This document shows, piece by piece, positions 1-8,190 of a DNA stretch of 10,466 nucleotides; position 1 is the stretch's first letter, and every line of letters starts with the position of its first letter. The notes under the pieces are model-generated. The model saw only the letters and a list, made by a program, of their open reading frames with translations, was not told the origin of the DNA and searched no databases. The stretch spans positions 64,001-74,466 of the IMG/VR virus record IMGVR_UViG_3300005614_000040; one strand, 5' to 3'. Position numbers and translations under genes: made by a program. The stretch is from a virus.

Positions 1-35
1 AGGTACGCCAGTTTGCTTTGATTCATTGAGTACCG

Positions 36-380
36 TTAGAAGGGGTACATCGGTTTTGGCTGCGCGAGAATTTGATCGATTTCCTGCAATCGCTCGGGGG
101 CTTCTTTGTCCCCTCGGATGATCGCGTCATCAATCGCCTTGCGCAAGTTGTTTATGGTTCCCGTTACCGCATAGGCGACTGCGTGGGCCGCCATGATTCG
201 TTCGGTATCTCCAGGAAGCACATTGACCAGAGTGTCGATGGCCTGGTTGCGCAAAGCCTCCAAAGTGTCAGTCAGAATGTCCCAACCTGCGCAGGCTTTA
301 AGCTGCTTGAGGGAGTTGGCATCCTGGATGGCTTGGAATAACTCTTGCTGTTCGTCGGTTACGTCGTATTGAACGTTCAT
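36..380 (-). CDS. Hypothetical helical protein (114 aa) immediately downstream of the portal candidate. Possibly a head morphogenesis or scaffold-associated protein.
   Basis: Intact ORF in the track. Its ATG overlaps the portal stop as TAATG at position 380. No recognisable motif. Confidence 0.5.
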   Translation of the reverse strand: MNVQYDVTDEQQELFQAIQDANSLKQLKACAGWDILTDTLEALRNQAIDTLVNVLPGDTERIMAAHAVAYAVTGTINNLRKAIDDAIIRGDKEAPERLQEIDQILAQPKPMYPF

Positions 381-2488
381 TATGGAACTTCACCTTGGTC
401 TGGAATTCCTTCGGCGGAGCCGAATCCAGTACCACCTGGGGCACCTTGAATTTCTTCGGGCGTGGACGCTGCTTCAACCGCGTGGCGAAGCACGTCACGC
501 CCGGCGCGTGCGAAGTTCTCTTGGTCAAGCAACGCCTGCTTCTGCTGGAACTGCGTCGCCTGCTGCGCCTGCACAGCCTGAAGTTTCATCCGCGCCAGTG
601 CCGCTGGGCTATTGGCCTGAGCACGCTGCTTTTCTTCGTCAGACATTGGAACAACAAGCGATGTGTAGTTCTTGAAGTCCGAAGTCTCCAGGAACATCTT
701 TATCAATTCGTCGATGCTGAGTTTCTTCTGTTCCAACTGAAGTTGCTGTTGAACGTATTGGCCCGTCAAGAACTGCGACATGATCGGAAGGGCTTGAGCC
801 ATCGTCCGGCGCGCCGCGAGTTTCGATCCAGCCAAAATGTCGAAATCAACCCGGGCGTTCAAAAGTTCCAGAACGTCGCCGCCATTGCGCAGATACGCGT
901 GGTCGAGTTCGTCGTTGAGAACCCTCCGGATAACGGAGGCCGGGAGCATCGCCCGGTTCATCTCGTGCAACTGGTAGAGGAACGGGATGATGACGTTAGC
1001 GGACAGACGCTCGATGAAATCTGATACCCGGTTCCCGGAACCGCTGCCAAGCATGTTGGCCCCGGCCGCTGTACGGGCAAGGTTAGAGTGTCCGGATTGG
1101 CCCGCGATGCCTTGCGTCGCAATCTCGTTCACGCCGCCAACCTGTTCTGCGCGCGACTGCGACATCGCGATGTGTTGGGCGGCCTCGGGAACTGCCGGAG
1201 TGCGCTCTAGCGGAGCGAAGTCACCCTGGTTCTCGATGTTGACAATGCGGCCGGGTGCGATTCGAATGTTCTCGATTGGTACGCTCTTGCCGCGAACGCG
1301 CGTCCACACGCCTTGCAGGTTGAGTGTAGCGTTGTCAATGTAGGTATTGGTGAGGCCCTGTTGAAGCCGCTGCTCGCTGCCGATGGTTTTGGCGAGGCCC
1401 AAGCCGTAGAAGGCTTCAGAAACATCCCACCAGTTGACCGACAAGAACGGGATCACTCCGTAGGGATTTTTGTCGTTGCAGATGACCAGCTTCTTCTGCA
1501 AGACAACCATTACCTTTTCGTTGTCCCAGCGCTCCAGAATTTCCAACGGTTCGTTGAATGGATCGATGGTGGCGTCGTTCCACTTTGGGTCGGCGCGCGC
1601 GTCCCAAAGCGGGTTCCGCAAAGCCTGATCTTGTGGGGCCTGGTTCGCGAGTTCGCGCGGGGGCAGGAAGAGGTCAATCAATTCCCGCTCGGAAGGAATC
1701 TTATACCCTGGCCGATCCTTGAGCTTGACCAGGTCGTTATACGTCATGTAGAGACGGTGGATAACGAACTTGCCCTTGGCGATGTGAGGGGTATTCAGCG
1801 TCGGGTCAACGAGAACGTGACGGAGATTAGTAACGTTGTCGAAGAACGGGCGGTCAACAGTTTCTTTGACCACCTCTTCTATAATCTCCTCGTCCTCGGG
1901 TGCCTCCAACGTTACAGGAGGCGCGCCGGGCACGCCGGAAGGAAGGCTCACTGAGCTATCCTTACGCTTGTAAATCTTTCGTTCGCGAGTGAATCGATCC
2001 CAACCCCATTTGAAGATCGAAGTCCCGAACAGGGCGGCATTGCGCACACCCATGCGGATCGATTCGCGAAAATTGATATCGTCTAGCTGATACGCAATGA
2101 TGTCACCGATTGCGCGCGCCGTGTCCGCCGAAGTAGCCGGGCGGGGCTGAATCAAAAACGGCGGGTCATCGAAAAACAACCCGTTGACGATCTGCGGGGT
2201 TACCGAGTTGACTGCGGTTGCAACTGTGTAGAACGGTACATTGGACCGGGGAACAGCCGTACCTTCCCAGAACACCGGGCTAACTGGTGATTGTTCGAGG
2301 ATCGATGCTGTATTCCAACCCGTAACCCACGCCTTGGTGGTGGCGTAATTCTCAGCCTTCTGCGTATCGCTCACTACGAGCTTGAGCGCAGCTTCGTCAC
2401 TCCAGTCACCCGTCCGCTGGATGGCGTGGACTTCGACTGGACTGAGTGGTTCTTGTGGCGGAATTACGGGCTGGTCGAGAAGTGCCAC
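380..2488 (-). CDS. Probable portal protein (702 aa).
   Basis: Large ORF directly downstream of the terminase large subunit on the same strand. This is the canonical packaging-module order (compare the P22-type portal of about 700 aa). The start appears to be GTG (cac at 2486-2488 on plus). It sits just after the stop of the upstream 115-aa ORF, with AAGGA upstream. No similarity search was possible. Confidence 0.55.
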   Translation of the reverse strand: MALLDQPVIPPQEPLSPVEVHAIQRTGDWSDEAALKLVVSDTQKAENYATTKAWVTGWNTASILEQSPVSPVFWEGTAVPRSNVPFYTVATAVNSVTPQIVNGLFFDDPPFLIQPRPATSADTARAIGDIIAYQLDDINFRESIRMGVRNAALFGTSIFKWGWDRFTRERKIYKRKDSSVSLPSGVPGAPPVTLEAPEDEEIIEEVVKETVDRPFFDNVTNLRHVLVDPTLNTPHIAKGKFVIHRLYMTYNDLVKLKDRPGYKIPSERELIDLFLPPRELANQAPQDQALRNPLWDARADPKWNDATIDPFNEPLEILERWDNEKVMVVLQKKLVICNDKNPYGVIPFLSVNWWDVSEAFYGLGLAKTIGSEQRLQQGLTNTYIDNATLNLQGVWTRVRGKSVPIENIRIAPGRIVNIENQGDFAPLERTPAVPEAAQHIAMSQSRAEQVGGVNEIATQGIAGQSGHSNLARTAAGANMLGSGSGNRVSDFIERLSANVIIPFLYQLHEMNRAMLPASVIRRVLNDELDHAYLRNGGDVLELLNARVDFDILAGSKLAARRTMAQALPIMSQFLTGQYVQQQLQLEQKKLSIDELIKMFLETSDFKNYTSLVVPMSDEEKQRAQANSPAALARMKLQAVQAQQATQFQQKQALLDQENFARAGRDVLRHAVEAASTPEEIQGAPGGTGFGSAEGIPDQGEVP

Positions 2489-2494
2489 GGGTCC

Positions 2495-2842
2495 TTACTT
2501 ACCTGCTGATGCGTGGTGGCCTGTTTTGAGATCAACACCGATACCGTCAACTTTGACGGAGGTGCCGGACTCTGCGTCGCTCTTGCCGATCTTGAACGCC
2601 TTCGATACGGCCGCAGTACGGTCGGTGGATGGAGTGCCGTTACCGTGAGGACCTGCGCCGCTGTCTTCGTTCCACGCCGGGTAGGTCTGGTATTCGGACT
2701 GCTTGAGCAGAACGTTCTTCGCCTCGGTGCCGTCCTGGGCCGTCTTGACTTCGTTTACCTTGAAGTCTTCTGGCTTGGCCATCCGGGGGTAAGTTTGCTG
2801 TTCCGAGAGGGATGCGAGTGTTCCTGTGAGTGCTTTTTCCAT
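2495..2842 (-). CDS. Hypothetical hydrophilic protein (115 aa) between terL and the portal.
   Basis: ORF with ATG at 2842. It is preceded by AAAGGAAAAATTT, a good Shine-Dalgarno sequence. It lies between the TerL stop (2875) and the portal start. Confidence 0.55.
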   Translation of the reverse strand: MEKALTGTLASLSEQQTYPRMAKPEDFKVNEVKTAQDGTEAKNVLLKQSEYQTYPAWNEDSGAGPHGNGTPSTDRTAAVSKAFKIGKSDAESGTSVKVDGIGVDLKTGHHASAGK

Positions 2843-2874
2843 AAATTTTTCCTTTAGATCACCCGTACGCGGGG

Positions 2875-4857
2875 CTAACCAACCATCGTACCCAGAATCG
2901 GGTCTAATCCATTTGCCGGAGGAGTGTATCCGTCGCTTTCGTTATTTTTCGCGTCGTCCAAACTCACCACAGGCTCGAAGCTCGGTTGACCCCAAGGATC
3001 AGTAGCTTCTTCCATATACATATTGTAGGCAGCCCGCATCCGGAAGGCTTGCTTCTGCTCGGGCGTCCACGTCCAGCTTGCGATACCTGATTCCTGGATT
3101 TGCTTGAGCACGCGAGGCGCGTAACGTGGTTGCTGCGAAATCACGTCGGGAATGTCGTTGTGACGGCGAAGATTGACCTGACAGCGAAGGAATTCTTCGT
3201 AAAGGGTTTTCAGGAATGGCAGGTAGTTGACGAACTTCAGCAAGTTGCCGACCAGTAACGGCTGGAGGGCCGCCATGCGAGCTTTCTTCGCTCCGTCTTC
3301 CCGAGTTACCGGAATCCAATCGATGCGGCTACAGACTGCAATCACCAGCGGGTCGTTGGTCTTCTGCGCCTCGGCGATGATGGTGGGTTCGATGAACTTC
3401 GATGCCCCGGCGTCTTCGACACCAATTACAAATGGATGGTGCTTGACAGCCATATCAACGATTGCCTTAGCAAGCGCGATAGGGTTTGGAAAGCGGTCGC
3501 GAACGAGATCGTTGACATAGGCGCATCCGTTGGGTCCCCAGATTACCGAGCACCCAGTCGTAAAGTCGCGGTACTTTTTACCGCTGAAAGCAAAATCCCA
3601 GGTATGAGATACCAAACCTTGGAAGGGAATTTCGACGTGCGGCACGGTCGCGCGCAGCAACATCGGAAGATCGAATACCGCTTCCGCTTCCGGAATCGGA
3701 TTCTGGTTCATCTGGCCTTCGAAACTTCCTTCTTCATCTCCACGCTGACCGAATCTATCTCGGTTGTACTCAGAGAGCAGGTAGTCGTAAGAAAGCACTT
3801 TCGGCATCAGGAGGACGCAGCCATCGGCCCCAGCCTCCTGGTAGAACAAATTCGGATTGATGCTTTTGGCCAGGAGTTCGGATCGTACTTCCTGGCGTAC
3901 GGTGATCGCGCGGCCAATGAGAATCAAGGAATTTGATGCCTTGCTCTCGATCATCTCCCAGCCAGGGCCGGAGGTTGTGGTGCCCACCGTCGAATCGATT
4001 TCCAACCCGTACATATCCGAGTCGTGATAGCGCGTACCAATTTTGGTACAATAGCCGAACGGCCGGAGCATCTTCTTATTGATCTTGAAGTTCTTGTTGA
4101 CCTTCAAGCACTGTTCTTCGTTTTCCGAGTTGCGGTTAGAAACCGTGTCGTCGCAGTGCAGAATTTCGTAGTGGTATCCAGAAAGCGTCGAGGTGATCGA
4201 CGAGGCCATGATGGTCGGCTCTCTGCGCTTGATACCTTTAGCCAGCCACACGGGGCACTGGTATTCGAAGGCGTTGGTCAGGTCCTTCTCTAACAGACAA
4301 AACTGCGGGAAGAACAAATTCATCAGCGAAGGTTCCTGAAGCTTCATCAGGAAGTGACCTTTGAGTTCGTCGAGGAAGCTCACCGCGAGGTTGTCAGCGG
4401 CGGTCAAAATCAGGATACGAATTTCGGGGAAGTTCAGAATCCACTGAACCAGGTCGGCCAATCCCGTGGTGGATTTGAAGGAACCACGCGGATACAACAG
4501 CAGGCGGTTCTTAATTTCGCTTTGCTGCGAGAGTGGTTTACTGTCATCCTTCTTGACGAAGAAGTCGAAGAAAGGCCCGTGGTTCTCTTTGCGCAGAAGG
4601 TTGGCGGAGATCGGCTGCCCTGCGGTTTCCGGGTTAGTCTCGTGGACCATGTACCCGGCCAACCATTCCAGGTCTTGCTTGGAGCGCCGGATGACCTCCT
4701 GCGCCCAATGCTGATCGTGCAGCACGCCCTGGTCGAATAGGGTTTTCAGTCCTACCCGATTCGAGTCCAGGTACTCGTAGAGATCGTCATGGCCGACCGA
4801 AGTCCAATCTACGACGCCATCGACTGCATACTTTTCTACGAGGTCTGCAAGGTTCAC
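2875..4857 (-). CDS. terL: Terminase large subunit (660 aa).
   Basis: N-terminal ATPase motifs are present. A Walker A-like LLLYPRGSFKST resembles the deviant RQxGK[ST] of terminases. A Walker B-like ILHCDD is also present. The C-terminal half carries acidic residues typical of the RNaseH-like nuclease domain (VIGVEDAG, WDFAFSGKK). The start is GTG at 4855-4857, overlapping the stop of the upstream micro-ORF as GTGA. Confidence 0.8.
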   Translation of the reverse strand: MNLADLVEKYAVDGVVDWTSVGHDDLYEYLDSNRVGLKTLFDQGVLHDQHWAQEVIRRSKQDLEWLAGYMVHETNPETAGQPISANLLRKENHGPFFDFFVKKDDSKPLSQQSEIKNRLLLYPRGSFKSTTGLADLVQWILNFPEIRILILTAADNLAVSFLDELKGHFLMKLQEPSLMNLFFPQFCLLEKDLTNAFEYQCPVWLAKGIKRREPTIMASSITSTLSGYHYEILHCDDTVSNRNSENEEQCLKVNKNFKINKKMLRPFGYCTKIGTRYHDSDMYGLEIDSTVGTTTSGPGWEMIESKASNSLILIGRAITVRQEVRSELLAKSINPNLFYQEAGADGCVLLMPKVLSYDYLLSEYNRDRFGQRGDEEGSFEGQMNQNPIPEAEAVFDLPMLLRATVPHVEIPFQGLVSHTWDFAFSGKKYRDFTTGCSVIWGPNGCAYVNDLVRDRFPNPIALAKAIVDMAVKHHPFVIGVEDAGASKFIEPTIIAEAQKTNDPLVIAVCSRIDWIPVTREDGAKKARMAALQPLLVGNLLKFVNYLPFLKTLYEEFLRCQVNLRRHNDIPDVISQQPRYAPRVLKQIQESGIASWTWTPEQKQAFRMRAAYNMYMEEATDPWGQPSFEPVVSLDDAKNNESDGYTPPANGLDPILGTMVG

Positions 4858-5012
4858 TTGACTTTCTTGAGGTTGGGATTGGCCTTCTTCGCTTTGCCGC
4901 TGGCGTGCCGCGTTGCGTTAGCGAGGATGGCCCCGGCCGCGTCCTTGGAGACGCCTTCTTTGGCCGCTATCTTGTTCTGAACCGATTTGAAACCTGGGTG
5001 CTTACTTGCCAC
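4854..5012 (-). CDS. Micro-ORF (52 aa, Lys/Ala-rich, GTG start) translationally coupled to terL.
   Basis: GTG at 5010-5012 is preceded by GGGAGG at 5-nt spacing. The ORF is open to a TGA that overlaps the terL GTG start as GTGA. Translation: V/M-ASKHPGFKSVQNKIAAKEGVSKDAAGAILANATRHASGKAKKANPNLKKVK. It is below the 60-aa cutoff of the ORF track. Confidence 0.4.
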   Translation of the reverse strand: MASKHPGFKSVQNKIAAKEGVSKDAAGAILANATRHASGKAKKANPNLKKVK

Positions 5013-5103
5013 TTTTGCCTCCCAAGACTTTCTTGGCGGCCTTCTTCGCCGCCTCTGGGGACCCGGCCTTCACTTTGATCTTCAGCTTTACTTCAGGTTT
5101 CAT
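5002..5103 (-). CDS. Micro-ORF (33 aa, very Lys-rich).
   Basis: ATG at 5101-5103 overlaps the TGA of the upstream 53-aa ORF as ATGA. AAGGAAG lies upstream. Translation: MKPEVKLKIKVKAGSPEAAKKAAKKVLGGKSGK. Confidence 0.35.
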   Translation of the reverse strand: MKPEVKLKIKVKAGSPEAAKKAAKKVLGGKSGK

Positions 5104-5261
5104 TTCTTCTTCCTTGCGTTAGATAGCGCGACTGCTACTGCTTGTTTGTCGGCTTTCTTCTTGCCGAATTTCGCGGCCGTTGCAGCGAAGGTTTTTCCGG
5201 TGTGGAATTCCTTGATATTCTCGCTGATGACTTTCTTGCTCTTACCTGGAAGAAGTGGCAT
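5100..5261 (-). CDS. Micro-ORF (53 aa, basic).
   Basis: Its ATG overlaps the TAA of the 98-aa ORF as TAATG. Translation: MPLLPGKSKKVISENIKEFHTGKTFAATAAKFGKKKADKQAVAVALSNARKKK. Coordinates are within about 1 nt. Confidence 0.45.
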   Translation of the reverse strand: MPLLPGKSKKVISENIKEFHTGKTFAATAAKFGKKKADKQAVAVALSNARKKK

Positions 5262-5557
5262 TACATCCCTGCTCCGCCACCCGGCGCGCCTGCTGCGCCT
5301 TCCTGGGCTTCCTCGGTCTGCTCGGGCATGTGCTCGTCGATGTGGGCGTGGAGCGCGGCTGCGTTCTGGATCGGGAACTGCGGCGACTCTTGCGCGCCTG
5401 CTCCCGGATTCATCATCTCGGCCGGGTCTGGTTCCTCGTCGTGGCGAACAATATAACCGCCAGCGTGTCCAGGTTTGATGTGCATCTCACGCACTTTACG
5501 GCGCGGCTTCTTGGCTTTGCCTTTTGACATCGCCGACTTGCCAGTTTCCTTTTTCAT
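5261..5557 (-). CDS. Hypothetical protein (98 aa) with a strongly basic N-terminus and an acidic, Gly/Ala/Pro-rich C-terminus. Probably disordered.
   Basis: ORF in the track with ATG at 5557. GAGG lies 4 nt upstream. A 1-nt gap separates it from the stop of the 106-aa ORF. Confidence 0.55.
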   Translation of the reverse strand: MKKETGKSAMSKGKAKKPRRKVREMHIKPGHAGGYIVRHDEEPDPAEMMNPGAGAQESPQFPIQNAAALHAHIDEHMPEQTEEAQEGAAGAPGGGAGM

Positions 5558-5558
5558 G

Positions 5559-5879
5559 TTACCTCGTCCAAATCTGCAGAGCGCAACCCGTCGAACCCAG
5601 GGTGATTTTGAAGTCGCGCCACGTCAGCGGCACGGTGAAGTCTAAAAGCAGCGGCATACGCACAGTCGAAGCCACGGGGATCAGAAGCAAATCAATCGGC
5701 GTGGACGCCCCGTCTGTGACTGTTATGGTTCCGCCCGTCACAGTACCACCTGGGCAAGTGATGAGAATTTTGGTAATGAACAGAGACCCGCCACCAGCCA
5801 ATACGCCCGTGCTCTCCCAGTAGGCAGTAGACATATCGGTGTCGATGTAGATGGGTTGCTGCGCTATGAGGTTTGCCAT
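5559..5879 (-). CDS. Hypothetical Gly/Thr-rich beta-type protein (106 aa).
   Basis: ORF in the track. The ATG is preceded by AAGGAAAAATG. It follows the 58-aa ORF after a 6-nt gap. Confidence 0.55.
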   Translation of the reverse strand: MANLIAQQPIYIDTDMSTAYWESTGVLAGGGSLFITKILITCPGGTVTGGTITVTDGASTPIDLLLIPVASTVRMPLLLDFTVPLTWRDFKITLGSTGCALQIWTR

Positions 5880-5885
5880 TTTTCC

Positions 5886-6062
5886 TTAGAGGTTTTTGAG
5901 CCGGGAAAGCATATCCCGTTTGAATTTGATTGCTCCGGCATCCACATCGAGAATCAACGTTTGGATTTTACGGGTGCGGGCATCCATCCGACGTTTGTTG
6001 TCGATCAAAACCAGGACTAAAAATACGACGGCGGCCGTGAGTGCAAAAACTAAATCTGCCAT
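5886..6062 (-). CDS. Small single-pass membrane protein (58 aa).
   Basis: Not in the track because it is under 60 aa. The ATG at 6060-6062 is preceded by TAGGAGGCGAC, an excellent Shine-Dalgarno sequence that overlaps the stop of the 239-aa ORF. Translation: MADLVFALTAAVVFLVLVLIDNKRRMDARTRKIQTLILDVDAGAIKFKRDMLSRLKNL. There is one hydrophobic helix followed by a charged tail. Confidence 0.5.
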   Translation of the reverse strand: MADLVFALTAAVVFLVLVLIDNKRRMDARTRKIQTLILDVDAGAIKFKRDMLSRLKNL

Positions 6063-6070
6063 GTCGCCTC

Positions 6071-6790
6071 CTAGCGGATAGATGCTGCGGCTACCGCGCC
6101 TCCAATTTGGATGCTGGGAACAATGAAGGGCTTGAGTTCAAGCCAGAAACGCGCCGGGAAACTGGTTGGCGGGTGAAGATAGGATTTCATCGCCTTAGTC
6201 TCGACTTGGTTCGCGGTGTCTAGCATCTGGCCCGTGGTTTTGGTAATTCCGTCCACGTTGCGCGCAGTGTCGAGCCAAACCGGATCAGCCAACAAAGTGT
6301 TGAACCGTTCAACCGCATTTCCAGCATTGACTGCAGCCAAGTCTACGTGCCCGGCGATGGGCTGAAAATAAGAGACGGTGGTATCGAGCGTGTGGAGCGT
6401 GGACGTTGCTTGCTGCGCCGTCTGCCCGAGATCGGCAACTGTGCCGCGCCCGGCAGCCAAAGTTGCGTGGATATCGGCAAACAACTGGACTTCCTGGGCG
6501 TCGAGTGCCGCGAGGTTTTTGTTCTCGTGGTTGGCCGCGACTTCGATCTGGCCGAAAGCACCACGGACAGTATTGAGGGTCTTGGCTACGTCGGCGAGAG
6601 TCCCACAGGGATGGTAATTGGCCGGGCTGCCGCAGTCTTGGTTAAGCGTGTCGAGCGTGCCAACGATGTTGGCGCTTATCTTCTGCTCGTCTTTACTCAG
6701 GGTGTAAACGAAACTTGACAGCCGCAACAGCAACAAACACGCGCACAACCCGACCGCGACGATTACGCCTGTCCGGACGGTGTCGTGCAT
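6071..6790 (-). CDS. Membrane-anchored helical protein (239 aa). It has an N-terminal TM helix and a long Ala/Thr/Leu-rich helical ectodomain with two Cys. Possibly an i-spanin or lysis-accessory protein, or an Mce-like helical protein.
   Basis: Hydrophobic segment GVIVAVGLCACLLLL near the N-terminus. The remainder shows a heptad-like Ala/Leu/Thr/Gln pattern. The ATG overlaps the stop of the upstream ORF as TAATG at 6790. Confidence 0.6.
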   Translation of the reverse strand: MHDTVRTGVIVAVGLCACLLLLRLSSFVYTLSKDEQKISANIVGTLDTLNQDCGSPANYHPCGTLADVAKTLNTVRGAFGQIEVAANHENKNLAALDAQEVQLFADIHATLAAGRGTVADLGQTAQQATSTLHTLDTTVSYFQPIAGHVDLAAVNAGNAVERFNTLLADPVWLDTARNVDGITKTTGQMLDTANQVETKAMKSYLHPPTSFPARFWLELKPFIVPSIQIGGAVAAASIR

Positions 6791-7200
6791 TACTTGCTGC
6801 TAAGCGCCGTTGCCAACGCCCCGAGTTCGGACGCCACCTTAGTCACCGTAGCAACGCTGGTGGCGTTGGTGATGTGGCCAGCGGTAAGCAACGCAGCCAG
6901 GTTGGACTGAACCGCGCTCACGACGCTCGCGGTGCTCGGCTGCGCCCCGAAGTCGTATACCAATCCACTGACTGCCATCAGGTCGGACTGGGCTTCGGCG
7001 ATAACCTTGCCGACCGCCGCTCCTGCGGCGCTGCCTGCTTCGGCGGTCACGATGGTCTGTAGCGCCGGGCCGACGTACTTGAGGATCGTGTCGGCGACGG
7101 CTTCGATCTTAGGCGCGGCCCCGAGCAGTTTAGCTAGTTCTTTTTCGACCCACGCCGCGAAAGTGTGCTCGGCGTTGGCAATTTTACTGAAAATACTCAT
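6790..7200 (-). CDS. Ala-rich helical protein (about 136 aa from MSIFSK). The track shows an extended 173-aa version running to 7311.
   Basis: The internal ATG at 7198-7200 is preceded by AGAGG at 5-nt spacing. This start sits 9 nt after the stop of the 74-aa ORF. The upstream 37-aa extension would overlap that gene and has no RBS. No catalytic motif recognised. Confidence 0.55.
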   Translation of the reverse strand: MSIFSKIANAEHTFAAWVEKELAKLLGAAPKIEAVADTILKYVGPALQTIVTAEAGSAAGAAVGKVIAEAQSDLMAVSGLVYDFGAQPSTASVVSAVQSNLAALLTAGHITNATSVATVTKVASELGALATALSSK

Positions 7201-7208
7201 AGGTGCCT

Positions 7209-7433
7209 CTATGCTTTTGGGATTGGTGGCGGTAAAGGGAGGGTGGAATGAAATTTTTGTGGAAGAACGGCCTGCAGCCAGTCGTAGAACCAGGTATAGA
7301 CGGTGAGCCACGACATCGGCGCGCCCGGGTGCGGCATCGTGCTGATGCCCGCCATGAAGAAATACCCGATTCCAAACGTAATTTTGGGGTGCGACGTTAG
7401 CCAGTCGATCAAAGTGGCGAGGAAGCAGTGCAT
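7209..7433 (-). CDS. Small protein with two hydrophobic segments (74 aa). Holin candidate.
   Basis: Segments ITFGIGYFFMAGIS and WLTVYTWFYDWLQAVL give a 2-TM topology. It has the typical holin size. It is the first gene after the terminator at 7484-7503 and lies upstream of the membrane-anchored proteins. Confidence 0.45.
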   Translation of the reverse strand: MHCFLATLIDWLTSHPKITFGIGYFFMAGISTMPHPGAPMSWLTVYTWFYDWLQAVLPQKFHSTLPLPPPIPKA

Positions 7434-7483
7434 GTCGAGGGCCTTACACCAGTGTGCAGGTCTAAGCCTCGCAGCGTAGAAAT

Positions 7484-7503
7484 GCGGGGGCCGAAGCCCC
7501 CGC
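7484..7503 (-). terminator. Probable rho-independent terminator following the 210-aa gene.
   Basis: A 7-bp G/C stem, GCGGGGG / CCCCCGC (7484-7503), encloses a CCGAAG loop. On the minus strand it is followed by ATTTCT. It begins 6 nt after the stop codon at 7509-7511. Confidence 0.55.
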
Positions 7504-7508
7504 TTGGG

Positions 7509-8141
7509 TTATGCGCGGTCGATCACGAACTCAGTTACGGTCACGCCGTTGACGCCAGCCGTTCCGAACGTAAAGCTCGGGATGAAGTTGAGGTCGCTCG
7601 CTCCAACGCTGGTAGCCTGGGTGATGACTTGGAATGTGCCAGCGGTTCCGGATGGGGTGCCAACTGCGATGTTGACGTTATTGATCTGGTAGGTCATAAC
7701 GCCGCCGTTCAGGGTCTTGGTCTTCGAATCCCAGAACAGCTTGGTTTCGATCAGGAAGCTCTGGGTTCCTGCGCCGCCCGAACTCGTCGCCGCGCCGACC
7801 CAGAGGGCGTTGCCCCCGGTGGGCACATTTGAAGAGTTAAGCTGCGTGCCAGCCGCGATGACGGAAGCAGGCATCTGGTACAGCTTCGGCTCGAAGGTGT
7901 AGCTTCCGGCCGTCAAAACCTTTCCGGCAAGACGCACGACGAACGCATGGCCGTCATACACGGAACCAGCGATGTCGGGCGGAAAAGCGGCGACCAGGCC
8001 GCTTCCAGCAGGAAACGCTGGGGATGGCAGGGTGCCGTAGTTGGTCGTGCTGCTCGGGGTGATAAGCCCGGTCTCGGTGTTTACTGTGATTGACTGAAGA
8101 GGGAGGTCCTGCCAGCCAGCGGTTGTGTTGGTGTTTGCCAC
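7509..8141 (-). CDS. Ser/Thr/Gly/Asn-rich beta-type protein (210 aa). Probable virion structural or decoration protein.
   Basis: Intact ORF with GTG start at 8139-8141. AAGGA lies 7 nt upstream. The composition resembles capsid, tail or decoration proteins. It is a monocistronic unit bounded by a hairpin upstream and a strong terminator downstream. Confidence 0.65.
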   Translation of the reverse strand: MANTNTTAGWQDLPLQSITVNTETGLITPSSTTNYGTLPSPAFPAGSGLVAAFPPDIAGSVYDGHAFVVRLAGKVLTAGSYTFEPKLYQMPASVIAAGTQLNSSNVPTGGNALWVGAATSSGGAGTQSFLIETKLFWDSKTKTLNGGVMTYQINNVNIAVGTPSGTAGTFQVITQATSVGASDLNFIPSFTFGTAGVNGVTVTEFVIDRA

Positions 8142-8160
8142 GGTCGTGTCCTTGTGAAAA

Positions 8161-8190
8161 TAGCTCAGACACCTTGCGGCAGTCTGAAAA
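8161..8190 (-). terminator. Possible weak terminator or processing hairpin between the tRNA block and the 210-aa gene.
   Basis: Inverted repeat TCAGAC...GTCTGA around 8164-8187. On the minus strand it is followed by AGCTATTTTCAC. Confidence 0.25.

Noticed and set aside
5221-5285. A 1-nt inconsistency between my reading of the printed sequence and the ORF-track translations around 5220-5281 (one apparent extra C and one missing C).
   Set aside because: The net offset is zero and both track ORFs agree with each other, so this is most likely my own transcription slip. ORF-track coordinates were used as authoritative. The small-ORF coordinates there carry an uncertainty of about 1 nt.
7201-7311. 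N-terminal 37-aa extension of the Ala-rich protein (the 173-aa version in the track).
   Set aside because: It overlaps the holin-like gene and has no RBS. The internal ATG at 7200 has AGAGG at ideal spacing.
7209-7375. Minus-strand ORF 7184..7375 (63 aa) and plus-strand ORF 6932..7306.
   Set aside because: They overlap the better-supported 74-aa and Ala-rich genes in other frames. No independent support.
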